Below are positions 53,601-64,000 of a stretch of 64,000 nucleotides of DNA, in pieces (the first letter of the stretch is position 1; each line of letters begins with the position of its first letter). A model generated the notes under the pieces. That model searched no databases, was not told the origin of the DNA, and saw nothing but the letters and a program-made list of their open reading frames with translations. The position numbers and the translations under genes were made by a program. The stretch lies in contig JAUCBJ010006783.1 of assembly GCA_032718475.1 (NCBI GenBank), forward strand, positions 7,455 through 71,454, read 5' to 3'. This DNA is from Nemertoderma westbladi (Eukaryota; Animalia; Xenacoelomorpha).

Positions 53601-53814
53601 GTCCGTATGTCCTGATCGAGGTGCTATTGGCGGCTACGAGGGGCGGACCGCTTCCGCCCGCGCGTGCCTCGTGCGTCATAGCCGGGATGACGCTGACCTC
53701 GGCCCCGGTGTCCACCAGAAACCGTTGCCCGGACAGTCGGTCCAGGACAAATAGCAGCAGATCGGGGTGGCCGGCCGTAGCAGCTGCTACTGACGGCCGG
53801 CCGGGGCGTTTCCC
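50628..53814 (-). pseudogene. Gypsy Pol (protease-RT-RNaseH-integrase), -1 frame to gag, disrupted by a 28-bp duplication
   Basis: [41 protein letters not shown] and ADALSR lie in ORF 51733-53877. Integrase (CVPCQ, HIDLVGP, SDRGSQF, NGLVERFHR, GPY) continues in ORF 50628-52133. Confidence 0.93.
53765..53814 (-). promoter_or_regulatory. -1 ribosomal frameshift signal: slippery G GGA AAC plus downstream GC hairpin
   Basis: Heptamer at 53814-53808 in the correct gag phase, a 5-nt spacer, then the stem-loop GGCCGGCC-GTCA-GTAGC-AGCT-GCTAC-GGCCGGCC. Pol is open in the -1 frame. Confidence 0.85.
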
Positions 53815-54527
53815 GGAAAAGTGCAGGGCGAGCGGCACTTCAGGGCGTCGGTGCCAAACTTCTGGTGGAAGTAGCACCAGTCGTCGTGAGCAGGCTGGGG
53901 GACGCGTGAACTCCGGCCGCTAGTTGGGGGGCCGGTGGAGGGCTTGTGGCGGGCCGGCCCGCCGGGACCTCGTACAGTACGCACTGCCGGCTCCGGTACG
54001 ATGAGCGGCGTCGCTACAGCATGAGCGGAGAGTGAGCTCGAGCGGGAGGTTTCCCAAAGCGCGTCGGCACGGTCTGCGACGCGGTCGAGGTCGCGAAAGT
54101 CCTCCTCGGCGAGTTGGAGGCGTATGGCGTCGGGCATCTGGCGGAGGAACGCCTCCTCGAACAGCAGGCAGTGGTGGTTATCACCGAGGAGTGCCTGCAT
54201 CTCACCGAGGAGCTGCGAGGGTCGGCGGTCGCCGAGGCCGTTCAAGTCCCAGAGCCGCGCGGCGCGGTCGCGGCGGGAGAGTCCGAACACCTTGAGGAGT
54301 TTGGCCTTGATCTGGGCGTACTGGTCGACAGTAGGGGGATCCCGGATCAGCTGGAGGAGGCGACTGGCAGTGTCCTGGTCGAGGGCCCCCACCACGTAGT
54401 AGTACTTAGTGGCCTCGGTTGTGACGCCCCGGATGGCGAACTGTGCCTCGGCCTGGGCGAACCAAACCTCAGGCTGGTTAGTCCAGAAGGTGGGCAGTTT
54501 CAGGGAGACGGCATTTGCCTCAGCCAT
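53787..54527 (-). CDS. Gypsy Gag (246 aa)
   Basis: N-terminus [31 protein letters not shown] is typical of Mag-like Gag. C-terminal [16 protein letters not shown] knuckle. Confidence 0.92.
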   Translation of the reverse strand: MAEANAVSLKLPTFWTNQPEVWFAQAEAQFAIRGVTTEATKYYYVVGALDQDTASRLLQLIRDPPTVDQYAQIKAKLLKVFGLSRRDRAARLWDLNGLGDRRPSQLLGEMQALLGDNHHCLLFEEAFLRQMPDAIRLQLAEEDFRDLDRVADRADALWETSRSSSLSAHAVATPLIVPEPAVRTVRGPGGPARHKPSTGPPTSGRSSRVPQPAHDDWCYFHQKFGTDALKCRSPCTFPGNAPAGRQ

Positions 54528-55040
54528 GGTGAAGGCGTTGGAGCGGGGCGCGAATAACGGGAGGGCTGTTGGTTGCAGTTCGACTCAACAAATCGTGCTG
54601 AGCAGTCGGGTCACCAATGTGGCAGTATAATCGTACTGCTAATGTCTCGTCATAAAGTATAATATGAAGGCAGTAGTTAGCCTACACCAGTACTGATAAA
54701 TGCAATGAATAGTATGAGTGAAAGTGAAAGTTCTCTAACACTCGTCCGAGTATATGGCAAACTCAGTAGGTCCTGAGTATGTAAGTGGCACCGCCACACT
54801 ATTAATTATCGTCAAACTGGAATTATTGCAAATCAAAACCAAAGAAAATCAAACGGTAAATATAAACACTTACAAAATAAATTACCTAAAAAAAAGGCAC
54901 CAAAACAGAACCAAAACGGGTCGAGGAAACAATGTATTAAAGAAAGTCCAACCCGAGTTAATTCTTCCTCACCCCTAAACCCAAATTAATTAAATTAAGT
55001 ACCGCTACCCAATACGATTAATAGCACCACCAACTCGCTA

Positions 55041-55276
55041 TTATTTGCCGCTATCTTGTGATTTATTCAGTAATACTGATTCCCCCGTTGTCTCTTCGTC
55101 TGGTTTCTCTGCAATGGCATTAGAAGTTTCTAGTATTTTCGTTTTGCTTTTAAGATCTTCTGTAATTTCACAGAGTTTGGGGGGCGGGGCCGTTGGCTTG
55201 TCGCTGGTAGGAGTCGGGCTGCTCTGCTGGATTTGCATTCGGTACTTGTAAATAGTTTCTGTGGTGTCTAACGAAC
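55041..55276 (-). CDS. PDXDC1: PDXDC1-like terminal coding exon (copy 1)
   Basis: Acceptor TTGTTGCAG|GT, in phase with the upstream exon (G|GT). GSLDTTETIYKYRMQ matches recalled PDXDC1 GSLESTEPIYVYKAQ. TAA stop. Confidence 0.85.
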
Positions 55277-55868
55277 CTGCAACAATAGATAACGTCATCA
55301 TGGTGAACTATATCATGGATTCTCCATCCAATTACTCAGATTGTTGAACAATTAATTGCTTTAATTCTATAGTGACTCACTTTTCACTTCTCACTTTTCA
55401 CTGATTTTTATTTATTATATTTATTCCCAATTGTTCGTCAACAAATTTATTTTGTATTTAATTTAATAAAATTTATTTTATTTATAAAATAATTAATTGT
55501 TATATTCCTGTTGCAGGAATAAACATGAGTATACTAAGTAGGTCTACAGGGGAAACTTTAATTCCAAAAAATTGTTTTGTTATATTTCTGTGCGGTTTGC
55601 TAGCTTACACCGCTAATGGTTGAGTCGCTTTAAGTTTTAGAATGTTTAGGAATATTGATTAAATTCAATACACCGGGCGTTGTACCGATTCTGTTGAGTG
55701 TGAACGGGTCTTTATGTAAACAATCTTACACATCTGTCATCCATGCTAGAGAAAATGGATAGATAATTAATACTATAGAAAGGTTCTAGAAGTTTATTGT
55801 TTCTTTGCAGCGTAACGAGGATAATGTAACAAAATGATTAACAGATCTAATAACTGCGACTAACTTAC

Positions 55869-56061
55869 CCGATGTAAGATTGAATGTGCGACCCTTTATT
55901 TCTATCTGGGAGGGGGGTAGCAACCAACTATACAAGGACCCAACTATCGGGAGCTGACGGATAACTCCCCGTTGGTAAACATTATGTTGGAGTTCTTCGT
56001 CGAGTAAGGAGGATGCTTCGTCAATGCCGTGGCGAACTAACTCACTGAGTTTCTCTAAGGC
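55869..56061 (-). CDS. PDXDC1: PDXDC1-like penultimate exon
   Basis: CAG|...|GTAAGT boundaries, 193 nt. Translation ALEKLSELVRHGIDEASSLLDEELQHNVYQRGVIRQLPIVGSLYSWLLPPSQIEIKGRTFNLTS matches recalled PDXDC1 GVLRQIPVVGSVLNWFSP...KGRTFNLTAG. Confidence 0.9.
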
Positions 56062-56202
56062 CTGGTGGAATAAATAAAGTTAGTTAGAAGTTAACGGGAG
56101 GGGGGGGGGGGTCATGTAGATAAATACTCAAATCGAATTGCTTTTTATTCTTCCTTTCTTTATTTTTTTATTATACTGCACGTCATATGGATGAAGGGAA
56201 AG

Positions 56203-56324
56203 GGAGAACAGGGCAGCGACTAATAGCAGAGCTAGTGGTTGTCGGAGAACAGGGCAGCGACTAATAGCAGAGCTAGTGGTTGTCGGAGAACAGGGCAGCG
56301 ACTAATAGCAGAGCTAGTGGTTGT
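56203..56324. repeat. 41-bp intronic minisatellite, 3 copies
   Basis: GGAGAACAGGGCAGCGACTAATAGCAGAGCTAGTGGTTGTC at 56203, 56244 and 56285. Confidence 0.95.
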
Positions 56325-56638
56325 TACTACCCTAGTGGTTGAGGAGGTAAGAGATTGTGAGGGATTGTAAGCGGGGCGGGGGGGGGGGGGGGGGGGTAAT
56401 CCAAATTACGTTTTTGTAGGAGCATTTATTAGCCGTCACATCACATTATGAGGTTACTAAGTCGTTTCAAGACAACTTTTTAAATCAAAGAATAAATCAA
56501 AAATTTTAGACGCTTGCGAAATTCCCGAAAATTATGAAGTTTGCGAAGTGCGGGACAATTAATAATAAATAAATAAATAATAAGTACCACTAATATGTAA
56601 TTATATTTCATTATTTATTACATTACTCTGTACTTTAC

Positions 56639-56809
56639 CTTACTGGTATCCTCAAGTTCTTTCCCTTTGTTAACTATTCTGGCGATGACGTCATCAATGG
56701 AGGTTTCCGCGGAAATGATACCCAATCGAATGCAAACTAGATCTTCCTGAGTCCTCCCCGCACTTACGATTTTCGCAAGAGGAGATCCGTCATTGGACAG
56801 ATAATTAAT
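56639..56809 (-). CDS. PDXDC1: PDXDC1-like antepenultimate exon
   Basis: TTTTAAG|...AAG|GTAAAG boundaries, 171 nt, open frame INYLSNDGSPLAKIVSAGRTQEDLVCIRLGIISAETSIDDVIARIVNKGKELEDTSK. Phase-0 join to the next exon. Confidence 0.78.
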
Positions 56810-58199
56810 CTTAAAATAACAAACTTAATAATAATAATATTTGATTTTATACAAAAAAAATTACGGTACTAAAAAATAAATGCACAGTGCCTCCATGCGA
56901 ACTCTAGAAGAGGATTTAGAGTACATCGATGTGCTGCATAGCGGCTGGCTCCTGGCTAGTTTGCGTTAGTCGTGTTGGCTTTTCCCTTAGTTTGACACGC
57001 CCAACGGAGGTGAAATTTTCGAAAATTGACAAGAAGAAGGGCTTTTCATGTGGTGACATCGGTTTTATCATTGAATGATTTTTTGTCTACAAACAAAACT
57101 TGACTTTTCAACAACAGTATTTATGGATAATATTCATGACTTTCTGTATAAAACAACCCTTTTCTCAGTTTGTCGATTTTCACTTTTTTCATCACTAAAT
57201 TCCCTCACTACTTTTATATTTTTTACTCAAATGTAATCAAACATAGAGTATACCACAACCACAATGTTCAGCAGCTTTAGGGCCACAATAGTGAGTGTTT
57301 TGGTTTTGTAAAACATGTCCATTTGGATGTTCTAGAACCGATTTTGTAACTACTACCCTTTGTGTATCTTCATAAAATATTTGATTCCCAAAATATAGCC
57401 CGAACGGAACGTCTACATATCGAGGTCGAGTTTGCCAAAATCGTGAGTCATGAACTTCAACACAGGTGATATTCGAGATGTTTTACATTAAATCCTCATA
57501 CAAAAAATACCATATTTTTCGAACAGAGGCGTTTATGAAGCTATCCATACTCAGTTTTCAAAGTTTCAGAAAGTTTCTTTATAAATAAAGAAATCGATCC
57601 GAATCGATCTTCCGACTTGCTTAACGGCGTCGTGATGCCGTCTCTTGTTAAGCCATATTTCATCGTGAACACCAGCTGTTATTGGTGTTGGTATTGCTTT
57701 TAATTTCGCGACAAAATAATGTCACAAAACGAAATATATCGAATACCACACATAGAATCGATCTGAAATTTTGTAACGCGATTATAAACCACCAAAGCAA
57801 TGTACTTTCAAAATTTCATAAAAAACGCAAGACAGGAAGTGCCTGAACCTGGATTATTATCAGTCAGTCAGTGTTATATAACCACAACCCGCCTGTCAGT
57901 AATCTACCGGTATCTAAATATCTGGCAGTAAGCCAAACTGAAACTCTTTAAAACAGAAACTACTTCAGTCAGAACCGGTCGATAGACAAACCGGCTCTAT
58001 TCAACAGTAACTATTAATTTATAATTTTGTTTAAGTAGATTATAAATTACTGACCCCTGCTACATACAGACTATAGAATGTTTCAGCAGTCCGCATCAAT
58101 TATTGAAAATAATGATTAAAGTTTTAGAATTCAGTTTCAAATTTAAACTTCCCCCTCAATATCACACTGCTTACAACAGTGATAATTTGTAGAGTTGGG

Positions 58200-61100
58200 T
58201 AGGGATGTCCCGGAATTCCGTTCCGGCCGGAATTCCGGCGGTTTTTGCCCGATTCCGGTTCCGGCCGGAATTGCCGGAATGGGGTCAATTCCGGCCGGAA
58301 TTTTACCGGAATTACCAGGTTCCTAACTAGTTTGATAGTTGCAATTAGTTTGTTAAATTATTATCAACATTTATATATTTTTTCAACATTATTACCAATT
58401 AGTTTAAAATACTTTTCAACACTTGTAAAAAAGTATAGAAATGAAGTTTTCTTCGACCGTTAGAGCTATAAACATTTAAGGATGCAAGGCATAGATGCCC
58501 CATGGGTAGCCCCTTCAAACCATTCGTGCTAAATAGAAAACTGCATTGGCCCACATGGTGGGCCATGTCAAAATGAATGCCTCCTTGCTCCATTGGTAAC
58601 ACAAGTCATAAGTCTTGTGATAAAAAATATAAGATGCATCTCAAATTTACTGCATATTTATAGCCAAAGTAACCAATCACAGGCATCTTGCCGGATATAA
58701 CACATGATTCATATATCAAAAGATGGAACATGGGACATAATCACTTTCGACTCATAGGTCGTAACTTACGATTTACCAGTGGAGACGCTCCCATTGAAAC
58801 CAATGTGTTCCATAATTTATTCTGACTAAGACTACATAAGACTTACCAGTGGAGCACGGGTCTTAAATAGTGGTTTTTCCAATTTGCTATTTACAATTTG
58901 TTTATAAAATGGCGTTTTTAGATAATATTATGATTGGTATTATCTCGTCCAACGTAACATATAGGATGACCCCTAAAGATTTACAGCTTATTTTTCCATG
59001 GGGATCCTTTATGTTACTTGGTTACAAATACAATATTACACAATTACAATTACTACTCTATCCTAAAACTAATATAAAACGTTATTGGGTCAATAAGCTT
59101 AAAAGTGGCCAATGGTTTGTCCGGAAGTTACGATATAATTTTAAATGCTTTAATTTATTCGTATTTAATAAAGTTATATATTATTTTGTAGCTAATTTAT
59201 TTGCGCAGCTTACGCACTAAAAATTATCAAAATCTGTAAAGGCAGTCAGAAGATATGCCCCATTAAAGACTGAAATATCGTGAAAATCAGTTGTCCCTTA
59301 CATGACACGACCACAAACAACTGTAAATTTTATCACTCCAAGTGGCAAATATATAGGAAACCTATTGTTGGGAAGCTTAGATGTTTTGCTTTCTTTTCCG
59401 ATTTATTTCAGGCCATAATATTCATGTTGAACCATTTGAGATCGATACATAAAATGGGCATTGATTTTTCAATTTTTGTGTCACATCTGTAACATTTACG
59501 TCTAGAATCTGAAGTAGTAACTGCAGGTTTACAGTTTTGATATATTTAGAATCTACAGGGTTTCTAACATATATAGGCCAAATATCACATACAAAAGACA
59601 AGGCAATCTCATTTGGGAAGCATTTATGTTTAACAAAGTCAATATAGAAAGCATAAACGTCCATATCTGTAACGCTACAAATGTGGCCATAGATTTTGAT
59701 AATATTAATCTCATACAAGTATAATGGTACGTGTGGAAAGGCTATTTGAATTTATGCCGCATCAACCCCAAGAGTTAATGTGATAAATAAACACCTATGA
59801 TGTATGGTGGTGGTAAGCGTTTTTGTCAACCATCTGTAACGCGTCACCGTTACAGTGCAGTGCGTTACAGATAAGGGATGTCTCATCTGTAACGCATTAT
59901 ATAACCAGTTATCGATGCGTTACAGACTGTAGGTTTTCAGTCGTATCTATATGACAGTCCTATTTGTAACGGAGGGTCACCCTGAAATACAATAAGGCAT
60001 CACTGTCAATATTTGAATGCCTACGCGTTTGATACGTTCTTCGTCTTCCTACTGACATCCTAACTGCTCATGGTAATGTGGTAGTGTAAGATGGGTAAGT
60101 GTAAAACGCGGAACCGGATGCAGGATCCGGATCGGTTCTCGAATTTTGAGGTTAAAACGCGGATCCGGGTTTTCATGAAATCCGGAAATGAGTGCAAAAT
60201 GCGAATTCAATCTAATTTGAATTGTTGCTGGAGTGTTATTTGGATCCTCCCGTAAGGGGAGTAAAACACGGATTCATGTTTATCTCTATCCGGGAAGAGG
60301 TGATTGTGGATACTGGGGAGTAAAGCGCAGATTCACTTCACATATGAAATTTTATGAATCCAGAGCTTCTGGGTCCGTGGTAAATAATTTAGAAATTAAT
60401 TGCAAATATATACAATCTCCATCTTATAAATTTTAAAAGTATTAATAAAATGTGCTTTTTGCAGAATTTCGCTTTACTTCGTTTAGAATTGTAGAAGATA
60501 CATTTCCTACAAACAGTGTTTTTTTTAACATACAATATATTGTACAGACTGTACTTTGCCCTGTTTCGTTTTGCGTTTTTCGTTATTAGGCTTCCCTGCA
60601 TAGGCGCGTAATTTATTACAACAATGCTGATAGCAATGATCCTCATAGCATATAAAAGGCCTATGCCCTATATTTTACTATCAATTTCTAAATCATTGGC
60701 TTAACATCACTTACTGACTTACATGACGGACTTGTGCACTACTTATATTATTGTGATAAGTTTAGTCAGATCCGTTTATTGGATGTGGTAATAGACGTCT
60801 CTGAATCAGTTGCAGAGAAACGCCAGGGAGCGGTTAAATAAGTACAGAGGAAAAATGGACCGCGGTTGTTATACAGAGTATTTTAAACAAGCATATAAAA
60901 AGCGGCGCGATAGAGAAAATTTAAAACGGGATAAAAAAAATCGTGTAAAACAAGATTATCGGTTACACAGAAATATGTTAATGAAAACTTTTTCTATTTA
61001 TTGAAATCATGTGTATTAAGTACATATAATTTAGTGGATGCGATGGTTATGGGCAGATATCTCCGTTTGTTACAGATGTTTGTCCAATAAATTACCTTAT

Positions 61101-62039
61101 TGTCGAAGCAATGTTATAAATACTGCAAAATCCATAACATAATTACCGTTACAGATGGCCGTTACAGACGTTTGTCCCAAAAATGTCATCACTGTAATGC
61201 GTTACAGTGGTAGACAAAAACGTTACAGATATGACATTAGTTTTTGCCATATATCTCCCTTTGAGCAGTGCGTCATGCTCGCCCTCTACCATCACAAGAT
61301 TCGCAATGAAATTATCTTTCGAATGGTGTATGGTATGGCACTAATTTCCGACAAAAATTTTTTGGTCAATTTGTACCCCTTTTTGGCCACTTTTAAGCTT
61401 ATTGACCCTATTACAATACGTACAGGTCCTGCAAGTGGTCGTTAGTTCAGTCCTGCGTCGTAGGTGCTGCATAATATACTAGTTTTAATTATATTTACAA
61501 TAAAGCTATTTCTTATCATAAATCTATTTATTCCCAGCAATAATTAAACTGTAACATGTACTTTTGGTCTCGTTTATTGTTTTGGTTCGAATAACATGTC
61601 ACAGTAACATGCTCCTTTCCCTTAAAGACACCAGGATATTGCACCAAAGGACCTAATGACGCGAAACACAAAGGTTTTTGGTTAACGTGGTTTTTTTAGG
61701 TATGAGTCTAAAAAGTTATAGATTTTAGAAAAATATTATATTGAATTCCCTGTCGTTCAATGCCGAAGTACCATCCCGTCCCCATAAGGGCCCAGGCCAT
61801 TCTCCACTCCACCCACTTTAATTCCCGCCAAGGTTCTGATTCCTCTCATTATCAAACTTAGCTATAGAAATTAAAAAAAAACATTTGTTTCACAAAAAAT
61901 TATAAGTTTCATGGGTCATTTAGTGTATTTCACTAATTATAGAAAATTCCGGTTCCGGCCGGAATTCCGGCCGGAATATTCCGGCATGTTGAATTCCGGT
62001 TCCGGCCGGAATCAAAATATCGATTCCGGGACATCCCTA
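58200..62039. mobile_element. Non-autonomous hAT (Ac-like) DNA transposon
   Basis: Perfect 17-bp TIR TAGGGATGTCCCGGAAT. 8-bp TSD GAGTTGGG (58192-58199 / 62040-62047), with the empty site at 49509-49516. Subterminal CCGGAATTCCGG arrays. No transposase ORF. Confidence 0.95.
59087..61408. mobile_element. Non-autonomous TIR element nested in the hAT element (26-bp TIR, 4-bp TSD; possibly Sola-like)
   Basis: Perfect TIR GGGTCAATAAGCTTAAAAGTGGCCAA, TSD TATT on both sides, and repeated internal ATCTGTAAC/GTTACAGAT motifs. Confidence 0.88.
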
Positions 62040-63195
62040 GAGTTGGGCAATTAAGATGGTAGAGTTTCGAACTGCTTAACTGCACAATGTTGAGTTTGGA
62101 CATGAATATGGTCGAGTTTGGATCTATAATTTGCTCTTTTCCAAACTCTACCAAATCCAAACTCTACATTGCTTATGTCAAACACTCACATTTTATCACA
62201 TAGAACTAATTTGAATAACCACTAATCGGTAAAGACTTATTTTTATGGAAGACAAAGTAAATGATTAAGTGATTTGCATCATTACAATATAAAGACGGCG
62301 TTTGCAAATTTTTGGCAGAACTTGAAAGTTACAATCCAAACTCTACATTTTTATCTCAAAATAATATATTTAACAATTTGGAGGCTTGTATTATTTTCCA
62401 GACTAAAGTAATATAGATAAGCAGTGATAGTGATGTACTTGAACGGCTAATACACAGGCTTTACTTCAAGAGTAAAATGGATCCGCATAAACTAGTTTGA
62501 AGATTACAGCAACTGTATCTTTACAGTCTAGTATTATACTACTATTATCGATTTTTTCGACATGCAGTTATAAACGAGCACCCAAATTCACCAGAGGCCT
62601 AACTTATGTTGTTAATATAGTTGAAAGACCCCGCCACCTTTCCTCTTTCAGAAATCATATTGATTCTTCGCATTGTAAGTGTAGATCAACTTGCACGTTG
62701 GGTCACAGCTAGTACACTTCTTGTTTCGGGCAAACTCTACAAAATACTCTACATAAATAAGCATTGTATTTTACGTATAAATATGGCCATTAAAAAAACC
62801 TTTTCATCTGAATTTTATATAATGTTGAAGAGTTTGTCGAGCTTGTTGGAATGAGCTATCGATGGTCACAATTGACCCACTGGTTCAGGACCTTAACCTT
62901 TTACTGACGGTAAATACGGAATCAATTTCAACATAAACAAACAATTTAATTGACTATTAATTATCGTCAAACTGGAATTATTGCAAATCAAAACCAAAGA
63001 AAATCAAACGGTAAATATAAACACTTACAAAATAAATTACCTAAAAAAAAGGCACCAAAACAGAACCAAAACGGGTCGAGGAAACAATGTATTAAAGAAA
63101 GTCCAACCCGAGTTAATTCTTCCTCACCCCTAAACCCAAATTAATTAAATTAAGTACCGCTACCCAATACGATTAATAGCACCACCAACTCGCTA

Positions 63196-63431
63196 TTATT
63201 TGCCGCTATCTTGTGATTTATTCAGTAATACTGATTCCCCCGTTGTCTCTTCGTCTGGTTTCTCTGCAATGGCATTAGAAGTTTCTAGTATTTTCGTTTT
63301 GCTTTTAAGATCTTCTGTAATTTCACAGAGTTTGGGGGGCGGGGCCGTTGGCTTGTCGCTGGTAGGAGTCGGGCTGCTCTGCTGTATTTGCATTCGGTAC
63401 TTGTAAATAGTTTCTGTGGTGTCTAACGAAC
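63196..63431 (-). CDS. PDXDC1: PDXDC1-like terminal coding exon (duplicate copy 2)
   Basis: Same acceptor and identical peptide to 55041-55276. The one difference seen is synonymous (ATC/ATA). Confidence 0.75.
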
Positions 63432-64000
63432 CTGCAACAATAGATAACGTCATCATGGTGAACTATATCATGGATTCTCCATCCAATTACTCAGATTGTT
63501 GAACAATTAATTGCTTTAATTCTATAGTGACTCACTTTTCACTTCTCACTTTTCACTGATTTTTATTCATTATATTTATTCCCAATTGTTCGTCAACAAA
63601 TTTATTTTGTATTTAATTTAATAAAATTTATTTTATTTATAAAATAATTAATTGTTATATTCCTGTTGCAGGAATAAACATGAGTATACTGAGTAGGTCT
63701 ACAGGGGAAACTTTAATTCCAAAAAATTGTTTTGTTATATTTCTGTGCGGTTTGCTAGCTTACACCGCTAATGGTTGAGTCGCTTTAAGTTTTAGAATGT
63801 TTAGGAATATTGATTAAATTCAATACACCCGGCGTTGTACCGATTCGGTTGAGTGTGAACGGGTCTTTATGTAAACAATCTTACACATCTGTCATCCATG
63901 CTAGAGAAAATGGATAGATAATTAATACTATAGAAAGGTTCTAGAAGTTTATTGTTTCTTTGCAGCGTAACGAGGATAATGTAACAAAATGATTGTCGAG

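Larger units (their letters stand above)
50421..54798 (-). mobile_element. Ty3/Gypsy LTR retrotransposon (Mag-like), GC-rich, frameshifted in integrase
   Basis: 181-bp LTRs at 50421-50601 and 54618-54798 (TGTGGC...GCCACA, one mismatch seen). 4-bp TSD CTAT confirmed by the empty site at ~62954. PBS TGGTGACCCGAC (tRNA-Trp-like) and poly-G PPT at ~50605-50613. Domain order PR-RT-RH-IN. Confidence 0.98.
48926..55839. repeat. Local segmental duplication, copy 1 (~2.5 kb excluding Gypsy)
   Basis: Begins CTTCCGACTTGCTTAACGG and ends GTAACAAAATGATT. Colinear and highly similar to 57609-63994. Confidence 0.96.
57609..63994. repeat. Local segmental duplication, copy 2 (contains the hAT-like insertion, lacks Gypsy)
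   Basis: Colinear with 48926-55839. Similarity stops 6 bp before the window end. Confidence 0.96.

Noticed and set aside
50601-54630. Many long overlapping ORFs across the Gypsy element
   Set aside because: Expected in GC-rich sequence with few stops; no recognisable domains.
56098-56397. Poly-G runs in a PDXDC1 intron
   Set aside because: Simple homopolymers with unreliable length and no further structure.
58587-58866. Possible small MITE inside the hAT (TGCTCCATTGGTAA ... TTACCAGTGGAGCA)
   Set aside because: Only a ~14-bp imperfect inverted match, with no definable ends or TSD.

Overview
Eukaryotic (animal-like, AT-rich) genomic DNA containing the 3' ends of two convergent host genes buried in repeats. 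On the + strand are the last two exons of an ACBD3/GCP60 orthologue (12717-12865 and 37430-37842). They splice in phase across a 24.6-kb intron made of ~18 kb of a G-rich 27-bp satellite plus an intact Copia LTR retrotransposon. The preceding intron is >12.6 kb of an unrelated AT-rich 19-bp satellite, so the 149-bp exon sits in a ~370-bp unique island between two arrays. On the - strand are the last three exons of a PDXDC1 orthologue (56809-56639, 56061-55869, 55276-55041), mostly missed by the ORF track. Its terminal exon and 3' flank are duplicated (48926-55839 vs 57609-63994); one copy carries a Gypsy element and the other a hAT-like element with a further TIR element nested inside. Between the genes is a probable three-level nest: a degraded TIR element, an RTE-like LINE, and a second, inverted, defective copy of the same Copia. 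The many repetitive ORFs at 12.9-35.9 kb are satellite artefacts. Gene and family assignments rest on recalled motifs, not database searches. No clearly new enzymatic system is visible; the most unusual feature is the satellite-intron gene architecture.
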